A stretch of DNA of 64,000 bases from Amoebidium appalachense (taxonomy: Eukaryota > Protista > Ichthyosporea): positions 9,737,355 through 9,801,354 of the forward strand of contig CAVNZM010000006.1 in NCBI GenBank assembly GCA_963693365.1, in the 5' to 3' direction. Positions within the stretch are counted from its first letter, which is position 1; the number at the start of each line of letters is the position of its first letter. Shown in pieces: positions 1 through 13,532 of this stretch. A program made the position numbers and the translations under genes. The notes beneath the pieces were generated by a model that was given only the letters and a program-made list of their open reading frames with translations, was not told the DNA's origin and did not search any database.

Positions 1-34
1 GCCCCTAAACCTTGTTGACGCTGGGACATTGCAG

Positions 35-183
35 GCGTTTGCAGCTGCCCTGGCTGTGAATGCTGCTACGTTTCTGGTGCTGTTTGTGGCCTTTGTGGCC
101 CTGCGGCAGGCCTTCAAGAAGATATACAGCCCACGCACAGAGCTGCTGCAGCACGTGCTCCCCTGTTCCTCCCCTTCCTCCCT

Positions 184-217
<34 letters not shown>

Positions 218-3200
218 CCCCTTTAAGGAGAACCTTTGTTTGGAAAGCATCCGGGAGAATGGGCTGTATGGGTGGGTGGGTGATTGGCTGGCAATGGTGG
301 TGGTGGTGGGTTTGAAGGTAATGGAGAAGGTGGGGGAGAGGGGGGGGGGGGGGGGAGGAGGATGGAGGGGAAGAGGGAGATGGGGGGGGGGGGGTGGCGG
401 GCAAAGGGGGTGGGGGGGTTTGAGATACAAACGGAGGGAGACATGCTTTCAAGTCTCGTGTCCTCGTGTTCTCCCCCCTCCCCCTCTCCCACCCCCCCCT
501 TTATCCCCTTTCCCATTCTTTACTTTCAATGAATCTGCATAAATGTTGCCAAACATGTGGATGGGAAATGGTGGATGACTTTCATAGTTTGGGCAAGACA
601 TGTTGGGTTATGTACGGGGAGGGATAATGAAGGACATGTTGGGTTATGTACGGGGAGGGATAATGAAGGACATGTTGGGTTATGTACGGGGAGGGATAAT
701 GAAGGACATGTTGGGTTATGTACGGGGAGGGATAATGAAGGACATGTTGGGTTATGTACGGGGAGGGATAATGAAGGACATGTTGGGTTATGTACGGGGA
801 GGGATAATGAAGGACATGTTGGGTTATGTACGGGGAGGGAGAATGAAGGAGGTTGGGAGGAAGGATAGCTCGGAACGTGTGGGGGGTGTGAACCTGAACA
901 AGGGCGGCCCACCACCACCACCAAATACAACCCTCCCTCATCCTCCTCCCCTTCTCCCCCCCCCCCCCCCCCCCCCCGGTCCCTCCTCTGTGATTCCCTT
1001 ATATGTGGCGGGATCTGTCCTTCTGCCACCGTTTTATGGAACATTCCTATCTCAGTATCCCCCACCCCGAGGTTGAAGCTCTGTTTATGATGCATATCCT
1101 CAGTGTGCGCTTTCCAAAAATTGTATGTGCTGCCCGTCGTGGATGTGTACTTCTGTACTCTGTAACGTAACGATTCTATATTCTCGCTCCCACCCCCTAC
1201 CCCCCACCCCTCTTCCCCCCCATCCTCCCCCCTCCCCCCTCCCCCCCCTCCCCCACACACACACGCGCGCACAAATTCATCGCAGCACACCTGCCACGCC
1301 ATGCCCTGACTCAAGGGCCAATCATTTCTCTTTTTTTCACATCTGCAAATGGACCAGCACTGACATCCCCGACCCCCCCCCCCCCCCCCCCCTAAACCCC
1401 TTGCCACTCTCATGCACGCAAAACACATATCTCCCCTCGTTACCTCGCCGGCCACCCGGAGCATCATCCCTCCTCCCCACTCCCCCCCCCCCCCCCCCCC
1501 CCCCCCCCCCACACACACACCCTCCCCTCCTTCCCCCACCCCCACCCGGGGGGCACCCCCCAACCTGCAACCTCCCTACCAACCACCCGCACATCTCTTT
1601 CTCTCACCAAGCACACAACCTACTCTACCTTTCATGCACACGTGCACACTACTTGCTGCAGCTTGCAGCAGCACACCCGTGCAGCGTTGCCCCGGGGGGT
1701 GTTGGCCTGGATCATGCCTGTGGTCAGGGTGACGGAGGAGGAGGTCGTGAAGTTCTGTGGGTTGGATGCCACGGTCATGCTAAGGGTGTATGTGTTGGGT
1801 GTGAAGTTCTTCTCGCTGATTTCCATATATGGTAGGTGTGCTGGTGCACGTGCGTGGGTGTACTCGTAATGGGATGTTTGTTCTGTCCATGTCTTTGTTT
1901 GCCTGTCTGCCCGTGTGTGTGTGTGTGAGCAGTTGTCCAAGAGCATGTATGTTGGAACAAGAGCCACATAATCGCGGGCATTTTATGGTTTGGACCGCCA
2001 GTGGAAAATGTTGCAGGAGAATATTGGAAAGGTGGGACGGGTTCAGAACTGCCAGTGCACATAGATTCGTTTTTTTTCATTTCTCACCAAGCGTACCCGA
2101 GATATCACCACAAAACATCAGCAAGAGGTGGCTCGAGCCCCCCGTCCCCCCCCCCCCCCCCCCCCCCCCCCCTCCCTCTCTCTCTCTCCGAACCCCTCCC
2201 AACCCCTTCCCCCCCCCTTCCCCCCCCCCTCCCCCTCGTCCAGCCACTGCAATCCACACACATCTGCACAGCCACAGAACGATGCCCACTGAAACTTTTT
2301 CATTTAGACTTCTGAGCAGAGGGAGTGAGGGAAGAAACTGAGTGGGGTGTGTCAAACAACAATTCATATGTTTGCCACTGCACCCTCGACTAATCGTAAG
2401 GCTGACTTTGAACCAAGTACTGAACACCCTTCTCCTCTCTCCAGGGTTTGCGGTGCTAGTGCCATTGAACTACTTTGGGGGGGCCGGTCAGACAGACATG
2501 AGCCAGATCACAATTGCAAACGTACCCGCTGACTCGAACTGGCTTGTGGCCCACCTAGTTGGGGCCTACCTGTTCTCCTTGACACTGATGTACATGCTGC
2601 ATAGCGAGTACCAAATGGTGCATCCCCTTTTGCTAAATCTATCTCCCCCCCCCCCCCCCCCCCTCCCCCCCCCCCCCCCCCCCCCCTTCCCCCCTCATCC
2701 CACCTTCCCGGCACTTGGCCAATACCATCACGCATCCTACCCCCCCCCCCCCCCCTCCCTCCCCACCCTCACCACCACCACCTCCGCCCCTTCCCCCCCC
2801 CCCCCCCCCCCCCCCCCCACACACACACACGGGGTTCCGCTTCTCTTTCTCATTCTTCTATCCGCTCCTGCCACCCTCTCATACCTTTTTGTCTCAACTA
2901 TCTCTGAGCCCCGCCCTCCCCACCACCCCCACGCTCCACCACCCCTATTCGCTTATTTTTTTTCGGCACTGCCAATTTGAATCTGCTCTTGTGTCAGCGT
3001 CGATGGGATTACGGAGGTGAAAGGCAGGCAGAGAAGGCAGAGGAGGGGATCTGGTGGGTGGTTGTGGTGGTGAGGGGAGAAGGAGGAGGGGGGAAGGGGG
3101 AGGTTGGGGACGAGATAGCAATACGGAGTCATGGAAGTCCGAAGGAGAAGTGAGAGAAGGGAAGGGTGTGGAGGTGGTGGGGAGCGGGAAGGTTGACCGT

Positions 3201-3273
3201 GATATAGTGGGGTTGCTTGTGGGTCCCCTGTTCTTCTTACCGTGTGCCATGAACACCGTGTTCTAACCCCCCC

Positions 3274-3308
<35 letters not shown>

Positions 3309-6300
3309 AGTTCCTGCAACTGCGCACACACTATTTGCAGGAGGGCCACCCCGAGGGTTACAGTGTGTTTGTGCGGGACATACCCGACCCGGACAACAAC
3401 GATGTGGGTCTCTACCGCCTGTTTAACTTTGTCTATCCGGGCAAGATCATCACGTAACAATCCCCCCTCCCCCCTCCCTCCCCCCCTCCCCCCAAACCCA
3501 ACTACGCACGGCACACGCAATAGAACTTTTTACATCTGTGTTCCCCCTCCCCCCCCCCCCCCCCCCCCCCGTGGAAAGAAAAGACACCCGCACCACTCTT
3601 GTCAATTGGGGTTTTCCCGTAGAATCCTGAAAGCACAGTATATACCGAAAAGGTTCATTGCCTTTATGCTTCACGTTGTGAATCTATCGTCCTCCCCCTC
3701 CAAACAATTATCCTCGCTATCAGAGGCCCTGTATTGTAGACGGTTACAGTAACCAACACAAGGTGCCTATGATATACCTGTATGTATGAGTGAATATAGA
3801 ATACCGTTAGCTTGAAACCTCTTTACCTTGTTTGTGAGCTTTTCTTTTGGAAACTGAGCCCAATCGTGCCTGCAGGGCGGTGACGCACAAGGACACCAGC
3901 AAGCTCAACGATCTGGTGGACAGGCAGAAGGATATCCTGAATGGCCTGGAAAAGGCCGTGGTGAAATATGCTGAGAAGGGGGTCAGGCCAACACATAGGC
4001 TGGGGTTCATGGGTTGTTTCGGTGAAAAGGTAAGATTAGCTCGCTTTCTATCCATTCAAAAGCGTTGCGGATGGGTTGATTCTATTTTGTGCCGTACGTA
4101 GGAACGTGTGATAATGGCGTACTGTAAATTCGGTTGTGTATCATAGCGGCAGCACAGATTGCATTTACAGTATGGGATCTGATCAACTTTGAGATGGGAT
4201 CTTATCCTCGGCACTCATCGATTCGAGTCCAGGCATGTTCCCAACTGATTGGATCTGGCTGATACTGCCGCCTTTTATAGGGGACAGTTCGCCGTGCGAT
4301 TGTGGGACAACGCCGCTGCTTCCCGACCAACCATTTTGATTGGCCAGTTAGCGCGACTAACTACAGGGCGCGACTCCCGTAGCCTGTCCGACAATATACA
4401 CAACCATGTTTACAGCACTTAGTGAGTTTGGTAGCTGTATACATGGAGTGAGGGTGAGCACCAACTGTTGTGGTTGGCCGTCCGCATTCACACAAGCATG
4501 ATTCTGGCTGCTGGAAGCCCGCAGCCAATGAGAAATCCGAAAGCGTTCTCGATCCATATAAGTCTATTAATCAGCGATCTGATTGGCAGAAGCCGAATTG
4601 GCCAGGTTCAGGTGGCCGGAGTTTCGGGTCGGCCGCTGGAGTTTGTTGTCCTGCTGGCGGGTTTTCTTGCAAATCGCAGAATTATTATTTAAAAGTATTA
4701 TCTAATAACTTGTAACTTGCTCGCCTTGCTAGCGCGAATGCTCGCTACCGCTACACTAATAACGCGACGCGGATTCGCAAAGACTTAGGCGGATTTTTTC
4801 GGAGTCTGCCTCTCGATAAGATTTGGAATTGCAATGACGTCATTCTAATTTTTAACCCGATTCGAAAGTGGTCGATCGGTCGAATTTTGAACTTAGCCAA
4901 TCGGAAATAGTATAAAGGTCACAAATAGGCTTTTATGGCAAGTTTAGTAATTTCAATTCCTTCAATTTGGGTCACACCAATCATTTCACGCCCTCAGCAG
5001 CCAGAACTGTGCTATTCACACATTACATTTTTACCTGCACCCGCTTCAAATTCTGCCAACACATCTAGTACGGTATGCTGCAACCTGACCCCCCCACCCC
5101 CCACCCCCCAGGTGGACAGTCTGCAGTACTATGCGCAGCAGCTAGCGGAGCTCAACCAGGACATAGCCGAGGAGCAGAGGGCCCCCCATGCCTCCCTCAA
5201 TTGTGGTTTTGTGACCTTCAACAGCCTCACTGCTGCCTCATCCGCTGCTCAGGTGATATACCCCCTCCTCCCTCCCCCCTCCGCCCCCCAATCCGCCCAC
5301 ACACACACACAAACACACGCATACACACTGCCATTACCACTACTACCACCACCCGTCCACCCTCCCACCAACCAGTATGCTTACCCTCTTTCCTCCAGCT
5401 TCTCCAGCACCCACGTCTTTTTTCCAACGTCTGCTTATGCATGTGAGAACGATTGATTTGTTTGAGTGACTTGTGGTGTGGATTCCCCTCCCCCCCCCCC
5501 CCCCCCCCCCCCCCTCCCTCAGTACACCCCAGCACCATTATGCCCGTGCATTCTCCCCCCCCCCCCCCCCCCCCCCCCCCCCTTCCTCCTGTCCACCCTG
5601 ACTGTGTGTAAGAGCACACGTGGTTACACATGACGGCAACCCCGTCCAATCATCGTCATTGTTGTATCACAGTGGGCTGGCCAATCACATCATTTCGAGT
5701 ATGATCATGTGTGTCTAACACTACTATCCAATCACCACAGGCGCAGTTCTGCCAGCAGCCGTCTGTGCTCAAGACGTCAGCAGCCATGGAGCCCAGAGAT
5801 GTGCACTGGCAGTCCCTCGACTCCAACCAATACTCAAGGGTCATCCGCAGAGTCATCACAGAGTAACAACCCCCTGCCCCCCCCCTGAACAGATGCTCCC
5901 TCCCCCCGGTCCCTCCCTCCTTTTCCCCTACATTGATTCCTTTCTTTTTCCGGTGATCCAAGAAGTCCTTTTCCGTCCTTCCCATTCGGTTTTTAATACA
6001 CAAGATTGCCCTCTGCCCGGCTAAGGAATTTGTTAGGTAGCACTGTGCATGCACTCACCACAAACCTGATGCGGGGCAACAAACACGTACCCAAAGACCC
6101 CCAATTCTATAATCACTTCCAGACAAACTAAAGCCAGCCAAATGACTTAATAACCTGACAACTCAAAGTCGTCGACACGTCATATTTATCCTATGGTCGC
6201 TCACTGACACATGACCAATTTTTTTGTTGGTTGCAAGTTAATAATGTAGGAGGCCAAACCAATAGGAAAGCCGATTAGGAAGGTGGCAAACAAGGAGCTC

Positions 6301-8182
6301 GGGATCATCGGTCGTAATAAAAGGAGTGCATAGTGTTCCAACAGTTCATCGATCTGGAAGACAAAACCCTAATTGAATATCCCCCCCCCCCCCCCCCCCC
6401 CCCCCCCACCTCTCCCCTTCCCCAGGGTTTTGGTTGTGCTTCTGTGCTTCACCTACTCCATCCCCATCGGTTTTGTGCAAGTGCTGACGTCAGAGGCCGT
6501 GTTACGTGAATATCTCCCCGGCCTTGATTTCCTGTGGGACAACCCAAAGGTTATGGGGTTCATCCAGGGCTACGTGCCCACCATTACACTGTCCATTCTG
6601 CTGATCCTGATCCCCATCGTGTGTATGCGTAAGCCCCCCCCCCTCCCTCCCGGCACTCTTCACCCCTCCCTCCTTCCCCATCTATCATTTTTATTCAACT
6701 GTATGCCCCCCCCCTTTCCCCCCCTCCCCCCCTCCCCTCCCCCCCCCCCCCCCCCCCCTCCCCCCCTTTTTCCCGCCCCCCTTCCCGGTCCCAAGACTCG
6801 CATGCAAGCTCTTCGGGGACACATTCTTAAAAGTGGGATGTTAGACTGCCCATCATGAATCCACCTGCCTTTTTATTGGCTTCCTGGTTACGTTTGGATG
6901 ATCACTATCTGATTGAGCCCACCCCTCCCAAGTAGCCCACCTGCCATTGCCTGACGTCTCTTCTTGCTTCCCTTGTGATCATGGGGGGTTTACTAATCAT
7001 ATTTCCATCCCAGAGCTGTCCATATACGAGGGCCACCCGCGTGTCAGCTCGTTGGAGTATTCGGCCCTCGGCAAAGTATTCACTTTCAAGGTTGCCCCCC
7101 CTCTCCCCCTCCCCCCCTTCCCCCCCTTGCCCCCACACGCACACAACCACAACCTCAATCACATCATCACTTTTCGTTATCTTCGCCATTCCCCCCCCCC
7201 CCCCCCTCCCCCCCCTCTCCTACCCCAATCACCACCACCACCCCCCTTCAGATACACACATTTCCCCTTGGGGCCCCTCCCCTAAACAACCAGCTAGTTT
7301 CAATTGTTAGTGTGACATCCGCCGCATGGCATGTGCAATCAGGCATTCTAGCACCGTACCTCACCACTGGGTGTACACAGGTATTTTCCGTGCTTCTTGT
7401 GAGCACCATCTCCGGGTCACTGTCCCGAGTGGCCGACCTGTTTGGGCAGATAGCGCAGGACCCGTTGCTGTTTGTGCAGATGCTGGGCAAGTCCATTGTC
7501 GGCCAGGCTACATTCTACATCAACTACATGTGCTTATCCCCCCCCCCTCCCCCCCCCCCCCCCCCCCCCCCCCCCACCACCACCACCACCACCACCCACC
7601 CACCTTTCCCCCTCCCCCCACCACCCCCACACTTGGCACGTCTGCCACCCACTCATACACTCAAACACGCATAAACACATGCGGGTGCACATGCACACTC
7701 GCGCGCGGACGCGTGCACGCACGCACACGCACACGCGCACGACCACCCACGAGCTTTAGTTGCATTCTTGGTGTCTTCCGTTTCTGCATGCCACTTTGTG
7801 TCATTGGTTGTAAATGTACAACATTCAATTGCTCCTCCCCTTTCCCCCCCCCCCCCCCCCCCCCCCCTCCCCCCCCCCCCCCCCCCCTCCTCCCTTCCCC
7901 CTCCCTTGCATCCTTCACCTATTGCCTTGTCCCCATGTGCTGTCTGGCTACTTGACATAGCGCCTTGGTTGCCTTGCCGTGTACCTTGTACCCTGCATCT
8001 CCTGCCCCTTTATTTTCCTGATTTGCCTTTACGCCTCTGCCCCCCCTCCCTCCCCCTTCCCCCCCTCCTCCCCCCCCCCCCCCCTCCCCAATCACCACTG
8101 CAACACACACACATCATGCATACATGCACACACGTCCGCTACTCTTTTGTACACCCATATTGCTTGAGTGTATATAGAAGTC

Positions 8183-8231
<49 letters not shown>

Positions 8232-9752
8232 ACACACACCACACACCAAAAAAAAAATCTTTGTGATATTAAGATAGAAAAGGGAAGCTGAACGAAAGAA
8301 GGAAAGACAGGAACACAATAAAAAGACGACAAATAGATAATCAATCACACTATACCGACAACCGCACTCCACCCAGGATGCTGCGCACCCTATCAGGCTT
8401 TGCCTTCAAGATGGTCAACTTTGGGCAGCTATTCCTAGTGCTGTTCTTCCGTCTGTTTGCGGGCACAAGGCGTCAGGTCGAGGATGCATACCAGCCCCCA
8501 CCCCCACAGGTTTATCCCATCCCCCCCCCCCCCATCCCCCCCCCAAAAAGACAAGAAAAAAAAAATAAAAAAAAATAAAAAGTACCACCATCACCCTGAT
8601 GACCTATTACGATCCACTTCCTCCCCCACACGTCCCCTCGGCGTTTTGCTAGCCTTAAGCTGGCTCTGAGCAATAAGACTTTTCCACAGCGTATTGCTCC
8701 GCCCCCACCCCATGCCACCAGCCCCGGGAGAGAGGGGGGAGGGTGGGGGGGAGGTTGGCGGGGATGGTGGAGGGGAGGAGGAGGGGGGGAGGGGGGGAAA
8801 TGTACTAACATGCTGGTGCTGTGGGCCACTTCCCTTTTATGATGCGACAGGGACTGGTGTGATGTATGACGGTCTCAACACAGCACACAGCGCACAGTCT
8901 TCACGTGTAGATCAATGTCACACCTCCCGGATGGTTCATTCGTGTAGTGCCGACAGACACTTAAGACTTATTCGCAGTTTTTCCCTGTTTGTGTGATGTC
9001 CTCCCCACCACTGCAGTTCTCTCTAACACTCGCTCATTTTCACCCTTCCACAGTACCACATCGACGTATCCGATGCGCTTCTCATGTTTGCCATTGGGCT
9101 GACGTATGCCTGCATTGCACCCTTCATCCTTCCCTTCTGTGTGCTCTACTTCTCGTTCGGCTACTTTGTCAACAAGTACTTCTTCCTGTACGTCCACATC
9201 AACACTTATGAAAGCGGCGGTCTCCTGTGGCCGAGAATCTTCTCACGTGTATTAGTGGTAAGTCATCTTCGCAATTCACCTCCCCCAGTCCCTTTTTTGA
9301 TCCCCCCCCCCCCCCCCCCCCCCCCCCCTCTCTCGCCCGAATGAGCTCTGCTTATCATGCACACTCTTTGTGTGGTTTGTACCCTGCATTATCTGGTCCG
9401 TTGAGAATGTGTACTTCGCTCTCTATAACACATCCTAACCAAACCAACCCCCCCCCCCCCCCCCCCCCCCCCCTTTCCAAACCCACCATCCCATCCACCA
9501 CACACCTCCCAGCATACACGTTCCACAGTTCCCACCAGTTTCCCCCTCCCAACTCCACCCTCACTCGTTCTGAATCGCAATTCGCTTACCTTTTCTCCCT
9601 CCTCCTCCTTTCTCCCCCCCCCCCCCCCCCCTCCCCCCTCTCCCCCCTCGCCCCTCTATCCCCAAGGCCCCGCCCCCTTGCTTTGATGTTCTTCCATAGC
9701 TTCCATAGGCTCTTGCTCCAGCATTGGTCCCCCCATCCCCCCCCCCTCCCCC

Positions 9753-9784
<32 letters not shown>

Positions 9785-10013
9785 AATAATAATGAAAACA
9801 AAGCAAACAAAATAATGATGAAATCAAAATGAGCCACCACCAAAGACTTCAGTGGCTCACTTTGAGCAGGGCTTGAGCCAACTAGTGCACAAGATATCTG
9901 ATGGTGTGGTTGGGTGCAGGGGCTGATGATTGGTCAGTGCGGGTTCTTTGGCTATCTGCTCATCAAGCTGTCCCCCCTGGCTGTGGGCGTGCCCCCACTT
10001 CTGCTGCTGACAG

Positions 10014-10045
<32 letters not shown>

Positions 10046-11920
10046 GTTCGTCCGTGTGTGTTTGCTGCATGTGTGTGCGCGCGCGTGATATGTGTATATG
10101 TGTGTGTGCGTACCTGCATGCATGTAGTGTACGTGCATTTGTGCCTGATTGTGTTCGTGTGTGTGTGTGTGTTCATGTGTATGCATGCGCGTGCATGTGG
10201 TTTGGGGCGTGGGGGGGGGGGGGGGGGGGGGGGGAGGGGGGAGGGGGGCCGGGGGGCAGGAGGGGGGAGGACATATGGGGGCATGCTTGTAGGCTGGCTG
10301 TCTGTGAACGAGTGTGCACCCATGGCTATTTTATGGGTCTGCATATTCTTGTACACGGTACCTGTACGTGTGTGTGACCTTTTTTATGCACACATACACG
10401 TGCGTGTTGTACTGGGCCATGGGAGCTAATTCCTTTCTCTACCCCCCAGTGATCTTCTACAAGGTTGAGAGGGACCACTTCCGCATAGAAGAGATACCTC
10501 TGCTCATTGCTATGGGTATACTTCCTCCCCCCCCCCCCCCCCCCCCCCCGGGCCCCCCCTGCTCCCATCCTCCTTCTCCCTCCCCATCTCCCCTCTACTG
10601 TGTGCCCTGAGCACTGCCCTCTCCCCCCTCCCCCCCCCCCCCCCCCCCCCCCCCTGCATGTCTTGTATTATGTTGTTATGATGCCATTTCACAGAGCCTC
10701 TTACTTCCCTGTATTCTCACCAGCAAACCACAAGGTCGAACAGCCAATCGCTAATTCGGAAGATCAAAACTAGACTAAAAAGGCGCGTCGATCCATATTT
10801 GGTCCGATTGGCGGCTCTGTGACTGGCCTAAAAAAACGGCAATTGCGCAGAAACCTTTAAAACACTAGAACCTTTTAACCATTGGAGGAACATTTATAAA
10901 ACTTTCCAAAACAACGTAACTATTGGTAATTTTAACCATTGGAGGAACATTTAAAAACTTTCCAAAACAACGTAACTATTGGTGAACCTAAGTTAGAGCT
11001 GCGCAGCACAATAAGAGTCACGTGCAGCACAGGTCTACACTAAGGGAGGGCCAAAAGACTTAGAATTTTCTCCTCGAGAGCGATCCTGATCGTACCCCGC
11101 ATGGAACCGATGACGTCAGCAAGATTATGCGACAGATGACGATAAAACTGTGACAGACTGCGACCCAATGGTTACCCCCGAAATTACGTTGCTAAACAAG
11201 ATACGTTTGATTGGCTGTTTATGTATCGGCATTCTGTTTTTATTGATCTGTAGCCAATCGCTAAGCGCACCGCGATTCTATCCAACTAGCTACAGGGGAA
11301 TTTCAAAGTGGGGGGATCTGTTGAACACTGATTAGCTGTTCGAGTTTGGGTTTTGCTTTTCTCACCACCAACCCCTCTGGTGACTCCCATGTATCCCCTC
11401 CGTCATGGTACTACAATGCCATGGGATTACCCCTATAGCAAAGTTCGAAGTTTTCCTTTTCGTTTGGATTTCGATGTTCCAGCACGACCATCAGGCCCAT
11501 CTCCTCCGGTCCCTCCCCCATACCCTCTTCTCGTCCTGCCCATCAAACCAACCACCACATCTCCGATTTGAGACAAAATCAAGGTTGATCCGATCGAGGA
11601 TTCCAAATTGCCCTGGCGCCGCCTAAGAAGTTATCGAACTTATCAAGCGATCGAGGAAGTGACGTCATTCTAAGGAAAAGTGTGCCCAGAATGACGTCAC
11701 TCCATCGATCACTTGATAAATTCGATAATATCTTAGGTGGCGCCAGGGCAATTTGGAATCCTCGATTGGATCAACCTTGATTTTGTCTAAAACGGGAGAT
11801 ACGGTGGTTGGTTTAAATTGTCTGGCTTTATCTAGTGCAGAATGTACACACACAAACCACTTCTTCCTCTCCTTACCATCAACATCCCAACATCCCGTTT
11901 TCTTCTACACATCTTAACCT

Positions 11921-11961
<41 letters not shown>

Positions 11962-12196
11962 TTATAGACATGGATGAAGACAAGAATGAGATCGACGGGG
12001 AGGGGGGTCTAGACTTTTTGGACCGCAATGCCTACTGTCGGCCCAACCTCACACAGCCACCTGTCATCCCAGAGATTGCTGAAAATGTATGTTGCATCTC
12101 CATCCCCCCAGCCCCCCTCCCCCCCCCCCCCTCCCCTCCCCCCCTCCCTCCCCCCCCCCCCCCCACAAAAAAAAACACCCCCACCGCCACGCGCAT

Positions 12197-12228
<32 letters not shown>

Positions 12229-12229
12229 G

Positions 12230-12300
<71 letters not shown>

Positions 12301-12576
12301 CACACCAACACGCGCACACACGCACACCACACGCACGCACACACACACGCACCTGCCTATGCCATCCCATCCACACATGCGCACACATGTGTGCGCACGA
12401 CGTTCGTACCACACATAACACACCCACACACCTACAGCAAGCTCACACATATGCTGGCACACGCACAGACATACAAACACGGACGCACTCACCTACGCAA
12501 CCTACACGCATATACACATACTCACGTACGAGCGCACGCCCACGCGCACACACGCACGCACGTACGCGCGCGCGCG

Positions 12577-12643
<67 letters not shown>

Positions 12644-13142
12644 AAACTGAAACCCACGTGTACACACCAACACCTTAAACCCACATGTGATGGCACGTGG
12701 GCGCGCGCACACACACACACACATCCCCTCACGACACCTTCCTTCTATGCCTTTTTACCCCCACAACCCATGCTCCACCCTCCTTACCGTGTGTGGTTTC
12801 AGGGTGGGGACATGGCTCTCATGAACGAGATGCCAATGTTTGAGGAGGCCAGTTCGGTGGATGTGAATGCACCGGCATACGAGGAGACAGTGGGTTTCAA
12901 GGTGGGTGTGCCAGCATGTGCACTCGCATTGGTCGGTGCTTTCATTTCTTTGTTGCTCCATTTCCTTCCGCTTCTTTTTGTCTTTCTCTGGCTCCTCCAT
13001 TTTCTTTCTTTCTTTCTTTTATTTTGGCTTCCCTTTTCCTTGCTTTTCTTTTCTTTTCTTTTCTTTTTTTTTTCCGTGTCCGGGGGGGGGGGGGGGGGGG
13101 GGGACAAGGAAGGCAAGGGGGGAAGGGGGGGGAATGTCACAC

Positions 13143-13173
<31 letters not shown>

Positions 13174-13231
13174 AAAGGGTGTGTGTGCTTGAGCTCCCCG
13201 GAGGGAATCTGTGCATACGCGCCTCTCTATT

Positions 13232-13275
<44 letters not shown>

Positions 13276-13532
13276 TGTGTGCGCACGCCCACGCACACAC
13301 GCGTACGGAGTGTGTGTGCGTGTGTGCGCGCCGGCGTTCGGGAGGAAAAGGGGCCAGGAAGCTTTTGGTTGGGTTTTGGGTGTGTGTGTGTGGGTGAGCC
13401 CCGGGGGGGGGGGGGGGGGGAAGGGGGTCTTCATCTCAAAGTACCACTGAACTCATGAACCCTCCTCCCCCAAAAAAACAGGGAAAGAGTCAGGCTGCCA
13501 GCAGCAGTGCAGTTGCAACCCGCAAGGGATAG
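35..13532 (+). CDS. OSCA/TMEM63 (CSC1/ERD4/PHM7-like) mechano/osmosensitive cation channel; 17 exons in window, 5' end upstream of window
   Basis: Phase-consistent GT-AG exon chain: 35-154, 1669-1831, 2445-2617, 3311-3453, 3876-4029, 5112-5252, 5741-5862, 6426-6628, 7014-7090, 7381-7529, 8377-8509, 9054-9257, 9920-10013, 10450-10515, 11968-12086, 12803-12901, 13482-13532 (2211 nt, ~736 aa). Family motifs: KKIYSPR, CGLDATVMLR, VLVPLNY, ITIANV, YSVFVRDIP, GFVTFNS, AMEPRDVHW, QATFYINY, TYACIAPFILPF, YESGGLLWP. The exon 2 acceptor and the last exon are less certain. Confidence 0.93.
597..850. repeat. Intronic minisatellite, 36-bp unit x ~7
   Basis: Unit GACATGTTGGGTTATGTACGGGGAGGGATAATGAAG repeated head-to-tail with near-perfect identity, no spacers. 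Confidence 0.95.
10722..11357. mobile_element. Non-autonomous TIR DNA element (MULE- or hAT-like TSD) in OSCA intron
   Basis: Imperfect TIRs: left AGCAAACCACAAGGTCGAACAGCCAATC versus reverse complement of right AGCAAAACCCAAACTCGAACAGCTAATC. Flanked by ATTCTCACC (10713-10721) and TTTCTCACC (11358-11366). Non-simple composition, unlike the host intron. Confidence 0.65.
10873..10985. repeat. ~57-bp tandem duplication inside the TIR element
   Basis: TTTTAACCATTGGAGGAACATTT...ACTTTCCAAAACAACGTAACTATTGGT occurs twice head-to-tail. Confidence 0.9.
11547..11812. mobile_element. Foldback MITE, ~266 bp, TTAA-type target site (copy 1)
   Basis: Almost entirely palindromic: ~124-bp arms (ACCAACCACC...GTGACGTCATTCT / AGAATGACGTCAC...GGTGGTTGGT) around a short loop. 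Flanked by TCAA and TTAA. Termini match the element at 43308-43695. Confidence 0.85.
12195..12723. repeat. Long alternating purine-pyrimidine (CA)n/(CG)n microsatellite block
   Basis: Several (CA)n runs interspersed with (CG)n. Confidence 0.9.

Noticed and set aside
151-156. GC-AG intron via a GCACGT donor in OSCA intron 1
   Set aside because: A canonical GT donor at 155 with the acceptor at 1668 or 1671 keeps the frame equally well, so it cannot be distinguished without transcripts.
597-850. 36-bp repeat as a CRISPR array or repeat protein
   Set aside because: Units are contiguous with no unique spacers, there are no cas genes, and the context is a eukaryotic intron.
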